64,000 bases of DNA from Octopus sinensis (GCF_006345805.1 NC_043009.1:29636001-29700000), one strand, 5' to 3'; positions 40,691 to 54,036 are shown, counted from the first letter of the stretch. Notes: generated from the letters alone by a model not told the origin. Numbers and translations are program-made.

Positions 40691-42745
40691 AAACTTAGAT
40701 AAACTTAGATGTGTTTCGACCAATGATTGGTCCAGGCCATGTCTAACTTAATAGCACCACGTGATAGGATTATTTGAATCCTGTTTAAGTCAAGTTTTGC
40801 TTATGGTCCATTCAAGTAGTGAGTTTTTGTTGGGTGAGTTGTATCCAATTATAGGTGGCTTATCTGGTATTCTTTGAAGGAATCTATCCAGACTCCGTTT
40901 AAAGTTGATGGGATCATGTTCCTCTTTGATCTCTTTCGGGACAATGTTAAATAGGGCAGGGCCTGTTGAGGAAAAGAAATTATGTTGTAGTGTATATGTA
41001 TGCTGTGATCTTGAATTGGGCAGGGGACGTATGGCCCGTGGTCCCAGTCTTGGATGAACCTTGAAGCTTATGTTCAGGTCGTTTGGGCAAAGTTGGCGGT
41101 ATATTCTCCACATCGTACAAATGATGTACCGCTCACAGCGACGCTGGAGAGAGTAGAGTTTCAAGGCTTTAAGGCGATCCCAATAATCGAGAGCAGCCAT
41201 GCCTTCAATTCGTTTAGTGAGTGCTCTCTGGGGTGATTCAATCCTCGAGATGTTTTGTCTTGTATGGGGAGACCACAGTGGGCAGCAGTATTCGAGGTGT
41301 GGCCGTACGAAGGAGGAGAAGAGTGGTATGGTGACACCTTGTTCTCTGGACCAGAAAGTTCTTAAGATCCAGGAACTCATCCTACGAGCTATATCGACCT
41401 TCTTGTTGATGTGTGCACTCCAAATGAGATCGTCATCAACAATTACACCTAGGTCTCTGATGCTGTTAGAGGTTGTGAGCGGTTCCCCTGAAGGAAGAGA
41501 GTATGGCTGTTTTAGTGAAGAATTTCTTCCTAAATGCATCAGCTCAAATTTTCCCTCGTTCAGTTTCATTTTGTTTCTGTCTGCCCATTGACTCACAGCA
41601 TATAGATCAGACTGGAGTTGAGTTCGGTCTGCTTCTTCATTGACGATTTGCTGGAGCTTGGTGTCATCAGCAAATATTTTCACTTTGCAGTAATGTACGA
41701 CACTGGAAAGGTCGTTTATGTAGATTATGAAGAGTAGCGGACCCAAGACAGTCCCCTGGGGGACACCGCTGGTGACTTTTGCTAGGCTTGAGTGGACTCC
41801 ATCAACTACAACATGTTGTGTTCTATTCGCCAGGAAATACTTGATCCAGTGTAGAACTTTTCCACCGATTCCAACATTTGCCAATTTTGAGAGTAGGATA
41901 TAATAGTCTACCCTGTCGAACGCTTTACTTAAGTCAAGATATATGACATCAGAGTTCGAACCTGTTCCCAAGGCTTTGAGTACATCTTCAATGTGGTGTA
42001 AGAGCTGTGTTAGACAGTCCCTGCCTCAGCGAAAGCCATGCTGATTTGCATTTAGGAGTTTCTGGGTCTCCAGGAAGTCAGCCATCCTTGATCTTAACAC
42101 TCTTTCAAACACTTTGATGATGTGGGAGGTGAGTGAGATTGGGCGATAGTTGAGTGCGAGGGATCTGTTTCCCTGTTTGAAAACCGGGATGACTGACTAA
42201 GATAGAAACTATTTCGGTATATAACCTGCATCTGACGAATTTCTCCAGAGGTTGGTCAGAGGGACTGCAAGTTGGTGTCTACATTCCTTCAGGAGACTAG
42301 CGGGGAATCTATCAGGGCCTACAGCAGAGTAGTATTTGACCTCATTTATTGCTGCTATGATGTAAGTGGCAGTGAAGGTTATGTCCGAGATTTTATGTTG
42401 AGAGTCAACTTCGTTCGCTTCTCTAACGTCAATGTCAGTGGGAACACTAAAGACAGAGCAGTATTGTTTCTGCAGTATTGTTTCTGCAGTATTTCTGCCA
42501 TTTCTTTAGCATCGTGTTGGGGAATGCCGTTAGCATCAATCAATGGCCCAATGGGTGAGACAGTGGTTCTATGTTTATTTGTATAGGAATAGAACACTTT
42601 TGGGTTCTGTTTGATGTTTTTGATTACCCACTGTTCCTCCGCAGCTCTTTGATTTTCAATGGAGGTTTTCATGTCGTTCTGAGATGAAGTTTTTCCAGCT
42701 CTAGCCTTTTCATTGTTGTTGAATGTGGATGTTGTTTGTGGGAAT
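40691..42745 (-). mobile_element. 5'-truncated CR1-group (CR1/L2-like) LINE inserted in (TA)n
   Basis: ORF2 remnant NYRPISLTSHIIKVFE, QHGFR, DLSKAFD, GVPQGTVLGPLLF, FADD; short 3' UTR with a stem-loop (40718-40732) and an (atctaagttt)2 tail. Confidence 0.92.
40790..41971 (-). pseudogene. Open 393-aa RT and C-terminal segment of LINE ORF2
   Basis: ORF track; catalytic FADD intact. The upstream part of ORF2 has in-frame stops and a small duplication, and the endonuclease domain is absent. Confidence 0.9.
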
Positions 42746-42761
42746 AAATATACATATATAT

Positions 42762-42834
<73 letters not shown>

Positions 42835-43099
42835 CATATATATATATATATATATATAAACGTACATATATATGCGTGTATATATGCATGTGTAAATATG
42901 TATATATCATTTTTATATATACTTATGTGTGTATATATATGTATATTTTCACTTTTATATATTATTTATATCTAAATTTTAATTTATCTATATTTTTAAA
43001 TTACTTATCTTCTACATTTTTAATATAAATGTACTATTTATATTTAAATCTTATTTATATTTTTAATTCACATATCTTACATTTTCTTAATGTATGAAT

Positions 43100-44716
43100 A
43101 TAGCTACTCAGCGTCGGACACCGAAATGATATTTGATCAACTTATAGATCGTTTGTGTAGGTTTGGTGTCTGGCACGGGATACCTTACTCCATGGGCAAG
43201 TAGAAACTCTTTAACCTTGGTTGCTAATCTACCTAGGAGAAGGAAATCTCCAAAATAAAACCCGAGGCGAGAATCTTCTTGGGCCAATAGATGGAGGTGG
43301 TGCAGTGCAAGCTACACTCACTGAAGATCATACATCTGCACAGGTACTTCTTGTACACCAAATCTTAGTAAAATGGATTAATTAGTTGGCAGAAACCCCA
43401 AAATACACTTACTCTAAAATATCTCAAACAGATTCAGTAAATGGCAAAACAGGATAACAAGTCTGCTCGGTAGGTGTTCCAGTGTGTCACAGTTTGGGCC
43501 CGGTCGTCATCCTGTCACTGTGGTTAAATTTTTTTCAAGAAGAATTGAAAATAAACATCCTCTGAATGTTGGCTGTTGGAATGTTTGGTAATTTTCGTGG
43601 GATTTCGCGTTTGTCTGTAGTTGGAATCGTACTTCGTAGTTACAAATGTGTTGTACTTCATAGTTACAATATGGTTTTTGCTCCTGCAGGGGCTCAGTTG
43701 ATTGTATCTTTACTATCCGACAATTTCAGGAAAAGTACATTGAACAGAATCTTGCCTTATACCATTGCTTTGATGATTTGAGCAAAACATTCGATACTGT
43801 TAATCGAAATGTTCTGTAGCTAATTCTAAGGAAAATAGGTTGCCCAGAAAAATTTGTAAACATGATTAGGGCTTTGCATCAAGATGTTAATGCTAGAGTT
43901 AATTTTGGTGGTAGGCTCTCTGAATCTTTTGCTGTGCAAAATGGAGTAAAGCAAGGAGACATGATGCATCCACTCTCTTTGCAAGATACTATGCTGTTGT
44001 GCTGTCACACGCTTTTCATAACTCCGAGGAGGGTATTTACATAAATTATCGAACAATAAGGAATATTTTAAATCTGACCAGACAGAAATTTTGAAGCAGA
44101 TTTTTTTTACTTCATTCATTATAGAATTCTTACACACTGGCGATTGCGATCTAGTCAGTCATTCGGAAACAGGTCTGCAATTTCTTGTATCTGCATTTGA
44201 CTCAGCTTGTGATGAGGACTACCATGAAGTCACTTGGAATGGATCCAGAGGACATAAAAAGCCTTCCTTTGGATCGAGCTGGATGACGAACAAAAGTGGT
44301 GTAGAGTGAAAGCGTTTGAAGAGGCCACAATAACGAATGCAAGACTGAAGTGAGATTTAATGAAGAATGATACGGCCGATAAGGTATATCACAATAACCT
44401 TTCAGTGCGCACCGTTTGTGACAGACCATACCATTCTTTTGCTGGGTTCAAATCTCATTTGCGGCTCCATGAAAAATGAACCTCCATCAACCATTCTGCC
44501 TATAAATCTGTGCACACCTTTCAATGTCATGTATGCATCAAAAGACGTTTTAAGATCCATAAAGATCAGACTCAACCGCGGCTCCGGACATGCAATCTAT
44601 ATGGGTGTCTTTTCAATACAGTGTCTGGTTTAAAAAGCCACATCAGACGCCATGATGGATCTAAGGTGTAGGTACATGAGGTGGTCAAACTCTGCATAAG
44701 GAGTAGACAACCACCA
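43100..44716 (+). mobile_element. Decayed RTE-clade LINE with large internal deletions
   Basis: Endonuclease start PLNVGCWNV (~43558); RT IRQFQEKYIEQ..DLSKTFDTV..GCPEKFV..GVKQG (43670-44215); C-terminal fingers CTVCDRPYHSFAGFKSHLRLH and LKSHIRRH. Confidence 0.88.
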
Positions 44717-45069
44717 TATGTGTGTGTGTGTGTGTATCTGTGTGAGTGCCTCTGTGTTGGGGTGTGTTATGTATGTATGTATATATATCTGAGCACATAG
44801 TCTATTCTATTTAAAAATCAGGACGCTGTTATCTGAAAAAGGAAGAGAAAAAGCGAGAAGGTTGATGTAAAAAGTTGAAGGGTGAAGAAAAGCGGAAAAA
44901 GAAAGAGAGAAAATAGCATATCGAAATATGTGTAAATATATTGTGTGTATCTATCTATCTAACTATCTATTTCTATACATACATACATACATACATACGT
45001 ACATACATACATACATATATACATACATGCATACATATATTCATACATACATACATACATACATACATT

Positions 45070-45101
<32 letters not shown>

Positions 45102-45276
45102 ATAAATATTAGGGAATAAATCCAAATTTACAGGGAAAAAATCAGATTTAGGATTAAATCCAATTTTATAGTAAAATATTATATAATATTATTAGAGACA
45201 AAACCACTATTTTGCAAAACAAACAAGGAAAGACTTAATCAATACATAAAATTTTAATAAAAAGTCAAAAAAACCG

Positions 45277-45319
45277 CCACTACAATTGTTTCTTGTCCTG
45301 ATCGACAATCTTCAGGTGG
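45277..45319 (-). ncRNA. Minimal type I hammerhead ribozyme (mirror copy)
   Basis: Exact reverse complement of 45374-45416. Confidence 0.85.
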
Positions 45320-45373
45320 ACTTCCAATTTTCAAGTCAGTTTCAAATTTGAAACTGACTTGAAAATTGGAAGT

Positions 45374-45416
45374 CCACCTGAAGATTGTCGATCAGGACAA
45401 GAAACAATTGTAGTGG
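45374..45416 (+). ncRNA. Minimal type I hammerhead ribozyme
   Basis: ccac-CUGAAGA-ttgtc(gatcag)gacaa-GAAA-C-aatt-G-UA/gtgg; all core bases canonical; palindromic stem III ACAAUUGU; predicted cut after 45412. Confidence 0.85.
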
Positions 45417-45765
45417 CGGTTTTTTTGACTTTTTATTAAAATTTTATGTATTGATTAAGTCTTTCCTTGTTTGTTTTGCAAAATAGTGGTTTTGTCTCTA
45501 ATAATATTATATATATATATATATATATCGTCAGTAAACAGTAAATAGTAAATCATAAATCCGATTGGCCATAGGGCAACAGCTTTAGGGACTGAATAAG
45601 CGCTATAAATCTAAGCTATTAAAGACGTGAAACCTTGGTTAAGCCTATAAAATGACCATACCTGTCTATCTATCTGTATATATCTATATATATGTTTGTG
45701 TATAAATGTATATTATATAATATATATAATATATATATATTGTGTGTGTGTGTATGTGTGTATAC

Positions 45766-45815
<50 letters not shown>

Positions 45816-47480
45816 ACATAACCCACAGAAACGTCGATTTGCAAAATTGATTAAAGGCTATTCGAACATTATTTTAGAGGTGCATGTGTCTTCTAGAGTA
45901 ATGAAATGATGTATAGAACAGTAATTAATTTTTTCTATATATGTGCTATTTCCAGAATATTACGACTTCGATATATTTTTTGAGATGTTCAGTTACAAAC
46001 TTAACTGTGTAATCCAAAACGTGTTTAGGTATTGAAAATTACATTCATGGTGAAGACAATGCTATGATTTTCAGTAAAACCGATTTGATCTCAACTGCCA
46101 GCTGTCTCGATCAAACTCAGTTTCCTTATTTATATTGTTTTTGTAATTAATTTGCATTCGTATTTTGTTCGCAAAAAACACGATGAGAGATCGTGTTTTG
46201 AAGCAGATTTTGTTGTATCTCTGGAGAGTTATTGCGCCAATAAGAAACACACACTGATTCTATTTCTCTTCTTTTATTATTTATAGTCACCGTTGTTAAA
46301 TTAAGTAATGGATTGTATGACCAACCGTTTGGTCAATCATTCAGCTACGTACGATAGGGTTATTTCCTCACCTTTCGCTATCTCATAAATAGCATGTCGT
46401 TGCTAATCCTATTATTAATGATTGAGTGATCAAGTGATGAACCAATCAGTTGATTAGTTAAATGTTTAACTAGTTCAGTAATAATAACAAAAGTAATGAA
46501 ATAGAACGTGTGTGCTGCGTTTCTTTTTAACACAATAACCCTCGAAATTTACGACAAAATATTTGCATTAACCTTTTATAAATCAATATTTTATGGTGCT
46601 TCCGCACCCTTCTATGATGAGACTTTAGCATTACCATCATCAGTATTTATTTCATTTACAGGTGTTCTTTTAATAAATTACAATTTAATTGTTCCCTGCA
46701 ATAACTATGCTATTACTGAAAACACTTTACATGTTCCCACTCGTTTCTTTTTAAACTAAAGCTAAAATTGTTTACATTAATGATTTCAAAGCATAACACG
46801 TATATCATTTTACTGCGTTTTTAGCAGATTAACGATCATCTAGAGACTGCCTTACAGATATTCTCGCGGGTACATGGGTCCAATATCCAAGTTTTCTTGT
46901 AGGCGCTACCTCATGAATTTTTTCTTTATTCTTTTCTTGAGCTTCGTCTGTTCATTTTACCGCACCAGCCCTTGTTTTCTACATCTGGGGCATTTCACAT
47001 ATTTACAAAAAGATAACTTAAAATGTTTGCGCACACAAGTCACTCTCTATTTCTCTCCATGAATGTGAATGGGTACCGAGAGTGTTTGTGTTTTAGCCTA
47101 TTGGTTTATATTCATCTCATTGTATGTATGGCGGTAATTATATGCGGGTGTGTCTGTATATATGAGTATAATTTTCTCTATGCATGTGTAGTGTTTTCTA
47201 GAAAAAAAAAACTTTTCAATATATGTGTATGTTGGTCACTAAGTTTGTATGTGTGTTTGTGTTTACGCGTACCATGGAATATATGTATGCTAACATGCGA
47301 AATTATGAGGATGAGAATATGTATATCTAAGATGGAGAGAGAGAATGAGTATAGTGATTGGAAATAGGTTGGATATTTAAAGCAAAACAGACATATTGAC
47401 AGAAAGTGAAAAGGGACATTGATAGTAATATCAGATGATGTTAGTGATGATGACAACAACAAATTCAGTGGTGCAAATAA

Positions 47481-47656
47481 TTCTTTCTATAGGCACAAGG
47501 CCTGAAATTTGGGGAAAGGGGATAATTGATTCCATCGATCGAAGTACTCGACTGGTAATGATCTTATCGACCCGGACAAGATGAAAAACAAAATTGACCA
47601 CGGCGTAATTTGAACTCAGACCGTAAGAACGGACGAAATGCAAGTCTCGCCGCCTT
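47481..47656 (-). mobile_element. SINE family A with internal deletion in the head
   Basis: ataggcacaaggcctgaaatt..atttgaactcag..tctcgccgcctt. Confidence 0.8.
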
Positions 47657-47974
47657 AATAATAGTGCTAATAATGATAGTGGTGGTGTAACAGTGATAGT
47701 AAAGGAAATTATGCTACTGAAAATGATGATGTAGATGATGATGATGATGATGATGACGACGACGACGACGACGACGACGATGATAATGAAGGCAAACATG
47801 AATATATTTAGCTGTTTAAAGACGTTTAAATAATTCAATGAAACAGAGAGATTGTGGGACTGAGAGAAAGGAACAGCAATATCTCTGGAAGGTGGATATA
47901 AGCGCATATGTAAACAGACAAACATTCCTATACATATATATGTGTGTGTGTGTGTGTGTGTATACACTTATACG

Positions 47975-48048
<74 letters not shown>

Positions 48049-48699
48049 TATATGTTTAAGTGGTGGGATTGATAGCTTGAGGAATGAATAGGCAAAGAAA
48101 GACAAAACGATACACAGGGTAACAGAAAGCGATAGAGGAAGAAGGAGAGGGACAGGGCGTGCGAACAATAGTGCAGGTAGAAAGAGTACTGAACGGTGAC
48201 AGGTGGATGGAGAAATATAAATCATCAGAGACGGTGAACAACATCGCATTGCGAGAAACACGGTGAGGAAAAGAGCGACGAAGAGGGAATGAGAGAGAGA
48301 GAGGGAGAGGAAGAGAGGAAGTGAGGCAAAACTGTGAATGTGGAGAACGGTACTAAGCAAGGAGCAATGCGGGGGAACTGGAAGGAAATGATATAAAAAT
48401 CAGTGGAAACAAGCATGTTGAATGAGATGCGTTCGCTTGTATATGGAATACAGCTTATATTCAATATACACACACGTACGTATGCATATTGTATATGCAT
48501 GTATGTATGCATGCCTATGTGTATGTAAACAATAAAGCTTATGTTCAGTGCTCGAGATTTATCAATGAATTGATCATTTCCTGCATCGCTTAACAATGGG
48601 AGAACAGTGAAGATAATTCAAATCCCAGCTTGCCTGACTTTCCTTACTGACTCACTATTCAAAACGCACACTATAAGAGTACTTCAAATACATACATAT

Positions 48700-48799
<100 letters not shown>

Positions 48800-49065
48800 C
48801 ATATATATATAATATATATATATATATATGTTATATAACTGTATGTATGTGTACAGGAAAGAAGCACATACAAATACACATTCGCATTGAATTTTAGAGT
48901 TCACATGTTAACATGTATCGCTATCATCTACTATAGCATATATGAATAAAGGATCTACGCTTCTAGTTAATTTTGTACTTATATATTAAGAATTGCACAT
49001 GCCACCATCATATATGTATGTATATATAATAATATGTATACATACATACATATATATATATATAC

Positions 49066-49133
<68 letters not shown>

Positions 49134-49911
49134 GTATATATGTATATATATATATACACAGAGGAAGTGAGAGAGTGAAAGTGAGTGTGAGAGAAAGAGA
49201 AATAGTGAACGAAATAGATATAGATACATACATACACGCGCGCACCCAACCACAAAGATTTTTATAAATATACACACATTCATAGGTACATATGTGTGTA
49301 TGCAATAAATATATATGCTGTATATGTGAAGAATATTCCAGTGTGCCTATATATTATTTTATATGGACATCTCTAAGTCAAGTCTCTATCCATCGCATGA
49401 TTTTGCATCTATCATTATACCTGCAGAGTAATATTTATCATATACTATTTACGATATTTAGAAATAGAATTTTACGTATACAAATACGTGTATGTGGACT
49501 TATGTATAGTGAAAACAATCAATTCTATTGTCTTACAGACATACAAAGACACTGGCACACACACACACACACACGCACACACACACATATGTATACATAC
49601 ACACATACATAAATACAAATAGGAACACACAGACACATACATACATATATCAGTATATACTGCGAGCAAGAGTCAGTGATAACTATATCTAGCGGGCAGC
49701 TGTCCTGTACCCAGGAAAGGAACTTACCAAGAAACCATTGGTCTACTGTTATCGCTACCACTAGAAAGGAGCCGGTAGACCCCCTTGCTCACATTATACT
49801 ACCACAGATCATGTGTCGATAGCCAGCTGGAAAAGATGTCTTCCTGGAGCTAAAAGTAGCAACATGGTCCTGCGTAAAACTGCAACGTTGCGTTGGCAAA
49901 TATACTGTACC

Positions 49912-49967
<56 letters not shown>

Positions 49968-50081
49968 ATATTTCGGAATGGTCATTTTGCCAGTTTAGCC
50001 AATAAAAACACACGCACTAGATATTTGGTGTTACTTTGCTTCAGTGTTATTTATTTTTTACATTAATCTTAATCTTATTTC

Positions 50082-50126
50082 GGCCAGAGTTCTTTCGTCA
50101 CACACCTGTGACCGCATCAGTGGTCC
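50082..50126 (-). ncRNA. Variant type I hammerhead motif (mirror copy)
   Basis: Reverse complement of 50382-50426 with one change in loop II. Confidence 0.55.
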
Positions 50127-50381
50127 TTTGTTTTCTTCTTTCTTATTTGTGTCTCTCCTTACTAACCGTCAGCCATTTTGTATTTCTATTGTATGCGCAT
50201 GCTTATATCTCTATGTGCGTTTATGTTTATTTAGTGTGTGTATGTGGGGGATGCCTGTAATATTTGTATCTTCTGTTTATATATGTTCATGTAATTTGTA
50301 ATTTTATATGTTCATACAATAGAAATACAAAATGGCTGACGGTTAGTAAGGAGAGACACAAATAAGAAAGAAGAAAACAAA

Positions 50382-50426
50382 GGACCACTGATGCGGTCAC
50401 AGGAGTGTGACGAAAGAACTCTGGCC
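50382..50426 (+). ncRNA. Variant type I hammerhead motif
   Basis: ggacca-CUGAUGCG-gtcac(aggagt)gtgac-GAAA-G-aa-C-UC/tggcc; the core deviates from CUGANGA. Confidence 0.55.
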
Positions 50427-50602
50427 GAAATAAGATTAAGATTAATGTAAAAAATAAATAACACTGAAGCAAAGTAACACCAAATATATAGTGCGTGTGT
50501 TTTTATTGGCTAAACTGGCAAAATGACCATTCCGAAATATAACAATATATGTTTCAACACACGACTTCACATAAAAAATCTTGCACAACAAATATTTAAA
50601 CG

Positions 50603-50640
<38 letters not shown>

Positions 50641-50774
50641 TTACATACATATATATATATATATGTATGTATGTCTGCATGAATATGTATATATATGTAT
50701 ATGTATATATATGTATATGTATATATATATGGATATATAGATATGTATGTATATAGATATTTATATACATATAT

Positions 50775-51000
50775 ATATAAAATACAAAAATCGGACAGGA
50801 ACGGAAAACATCCAGACAGACGATACAAAGGAAACAAGGACGTGTCATTCGGAGTTTTCTTTCCTCAGTCGAGTTCCAAATTACCTTTGCAATTTCAGTT
50901 GGTTATACTCGATATTGCTTCTCTTTGGCCAGCCCCAAGGAAAAACTAAGAGCATTAGATTCCTTGGAAAACAGCAGCGAATGTACACGAAAACAAGGAT
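50775..51000 (-). mobile_element. Non-coding repeat fragment ending in (TA)n, carrying a permuted hammerhead-like motif
   Basis: Minus strand runs through the motif and a T-rich tail (gatttttgtattttatata) into (TA)n, like the 6060-6872 unit. The 5' boundary is approximate. Confidence 0.5.
50862..50918 (-). ncRNA. Non-circularly permuted hammerhead-like motif (family 2)
   Basis: gcaa-UA/tcgagt..GAAA-ttgc..actcga-CUGAGGA: 5-bp stem III and 6-bp stem I; stem II is not well paired. Confidence 0.6.
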
Positions 51001-52344
51001 GAAAAAAAAACAGAGAAATGTTACACAAATACAAATATGGATAGATGTTTGCACATATGTATATATCTATGGACATACAATTAGTGCTAATACGTTGGTA
51101 ATGTCATTTGTAGTTCCCTAAAATAATATTTATTCAATATTTATTTAGTGCATATTTTAATGTTTTTTTTTTATCTTTGAATCTGGCTAGTATTTTGTTT
51201 ACCAAAATACAAGTTCTTAGGTTTTGGAGTAAAATGTATTTGACTCGATTTATGGAGAAAACGACTTCATAGTACTTTTGTGTGTAACATCCTTATTCAG
51301 TTACATCTCGAAATGTAAAACGAAAATTTGGGTTATGAGAGAGAATTTGAAATCAGGATTTTTAATCTATATAGACATGAATTTGAAGGGCCTGTATGTT
51401 TTGGGGGCGAATCCAAATCTTTAGTAACACAACACGAAGTGTTTGTAATTATTGTCTTCAATTACATATTTCCACCACTGTGGTTTCTTCTAACATGGAT
51501 GGATCCCATCTATGTCACATCAAATCCATCTATCGCTATTTGAATCTGTTGCTGCTTGTTTTACGAACACGCATTATTTGTCTTTGTGACATCAGCTCTC
51601 TCGTTATCCGATGTCGCTAACGATTTCACATAAATTCAAAACAAATTACTTTCGTTATATTAGTAAAACGTGTCTACTCACACAGTCACAAACACGCAAG
51701 CATACACCTTCCCCCCCCCACACACACACATAAGCACATTTATCTTTAAATACGTGTTTATGTGTAATTCTCTATTTTAGGCCAGTTTTTGGTTGTATCA
51801 ACATTACATACATTGATACAATCATACATACACACACATACATAGAAACATACATATATATACACACACACACTCTCATACAGACATTCACACACACACA
51901 CATACAGACACAGACGTGTATATATGTATATTTATATAAGTATATATATATATGTATATATATATACCCAAAAGTTTGTATATAGATATATATATATATA
52001 TACCTAAAACTTTGAATATATTCTTGCAAAATACGGCTGCTTAATTTCCAATAATCGATACTATATTTACTTTCGAATATAGTAGAAATCTGAGATAAAT
52101 GATACTTTAATAATGAATTAATTTCATATTTGACATTTAGCATTAATGCGTCTCAAATAACCTGGTTGTTCTGTTACTAGTTTTGATTATTATTTGAGGG
52201 TTTATATGTTTTTCTAATCTCCTTATACAGGAGAAACTGTGATGTTGTTAGGGCCTCCGAAACTAGCTGGAGCATCAACGAGAAAGTTTAACCCCCTTGC
52301 CTGAATGCCTAGCATAGTGTAGCCTTTGCTAAAGCGAGACAAGT

Positions 52345-52445
52345 GTAAGTGCGTCGACTCAACTGGTGAAAATGAGTAATCCTGCGACGGACGGGTGTTG
52401 CGTCCCAGGAGGAATATATACGCCAGAGAAACCATGAAACCGATC
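52345..52445 (+). mobile_element. SINE fragment sharing the family C core
   Basis: cgactcaactggtgaaaatgagtaa resembles ccacttagacggcaaaatgag of the 8783-9043 copy. Confidence 0.4.
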
Positions 52446-54036
52446 TTGAGCTACTTTCGGAGTAATGTGAACTAACTAACCATATAATACTTGACACCGA
52501 CTTTCCACGTTTATACAAGAAAAATCAATCTGCAGAAATCAAAGTAGAGCACCAAACACAAATATGATATATTACCTGTCAACGAGAACCTAGTACGTTT
52601 ACTATTTCTTCATTTCAGACAAAAGTATATATATACTTTTGTCTGATATGAAGAAATATGTATATATATATGTGTGTGTATGTATATATATCTATATCTA
52701 TATATATATATATATGAAATATCCAGTCTGGCTTCTAGATCCACTTTAGAAAGACCAAAGCAGATACTGATTCAATCTCTATCATTGATCTGTCTTTATT
52801 TGCAGTAACTCAACATCATTAAGATAAAAAGTCATACAGACGAAAAGAGACAGGCTGTGTAAAAAAAACGCATCGAGCTTTACAAGAAGATACCAGATCT
52901 CTAGAGGTTTATAGGATCTGAACCTGGAATCCAACACCTTTATCCTGCAACTAAATATATCTCAAACTAAGACACAAGGAAACTAAATGTTAAATCAGAA
53001 CTAATTCATTGTAATATGTCACCAATTTCAGCAGGAAAATAATTAAGGTACCGCCATGAATGTGGTTAATAACACAAATACACACACACACACACACATA
53101 GATAACTATAAATATACACATTAATATGTATATTTATAAAATAGACAAAGGTGAAAGAGATTAATGTATATATAAAACCGGATTCTTGTTGTCACGTGTA
53201 CCTCGTTGCATGTTATCTTACGTTTTATGTTCTCTCTCATACATTTTTTCTTTTATACATTAACAAACATACACGTTTTACCATTTTTTAATCTAATGCA
53301 CTGTTTCTCAATGACTGTAAATAAAAAAGTTTTCTTTCTTTGATTTACGTTTTATTCCACCATTTCTCTGCATAAATCCTTCAGATTCTTGATCAAATCT
53401 ACTCGTACAGTTTTTCCATGTTTTCGTTTTATGTTAAGTTATTTCTTTTGTAATATTATCTCTTTGCCTTCGTTCTTATACATTTGCATCAACTTTTCGC
53501 TCTGCTTTTTAAATACATCAATGTTAATCAGTATAGAAATCAAGAGATTCATTTATTAATCACTTATGCATACATGCTCTTTCATGTTCAGCATCAGTTT
53601 GTGTATTTTCTCTAATACTGTTTTAGTTTATGATAACTTGAAGATTGGTATCAGCAATATTATGCTACATAAATCAAATTTAATACATATAGCGTATTCT
53701 TTATTTCGTTACGAAATGCATCACAAGTGGATTGCCAAGGAAACATTCAAGCTCTGACAATATAAGCTTATCTTTCCGGTAAAGGATAATGTTGATGCAC
53801 ACATAAGTTGATTAGTGTACTGAAGAATCTTGCATCTTCGTCATAGATGCACTTAACTGTTGCATACACGTATTATTCCATTGTTTTATAGTATTAAATT
53901 ATTTATTTATTTACCAGAGGCAATAGCAAGAGTTATTCTATAATTTTATATTTTTCAATTATGATTTGAACTCAATTTCGTTTGTAATTGTAATATTCCT
54001 ACGTACTTATAAACTAACCGCCATATTGTTATGGCT

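Larger units (their letters stand above)
45105..45513. mobile_element. Palindromic insert with Penelope-like pseudo-LTR architecture
   Basis: Perfect spacerless palindrome 45180-45513 (167-bp arms, centre 45346/45347), ~75-bp one-sided extension, (TA)n on both flanks. Confidence 0.75.
49958..50605. mobile_element. Fold-back insert with Penelope-like pseudo-LTR architecture
   Basis: 238-bp inverted arms 49958-50195 and 50313-50550 (2 mismatches), 117-bp spacer, extension to ~50605, (TA)n on both flanks. Confidence 0.75.

Noticed and set aside
40700-40750. Stem-loop followed by GAAAC at the LINE 3' end, resembling a hammerhead
   Set aside because: No CUGANGA strand, and the would-be cleavage triplet is inside a helix; better explained as the LINE 3' recognition structure.
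43100-43260. Possible HDV-like ribozyme in the RTE 5' UTR
   Set aside because: Such ribozymes are known in RTE leaders, but I could not build the nested double pseudoknot from this decayed copy.
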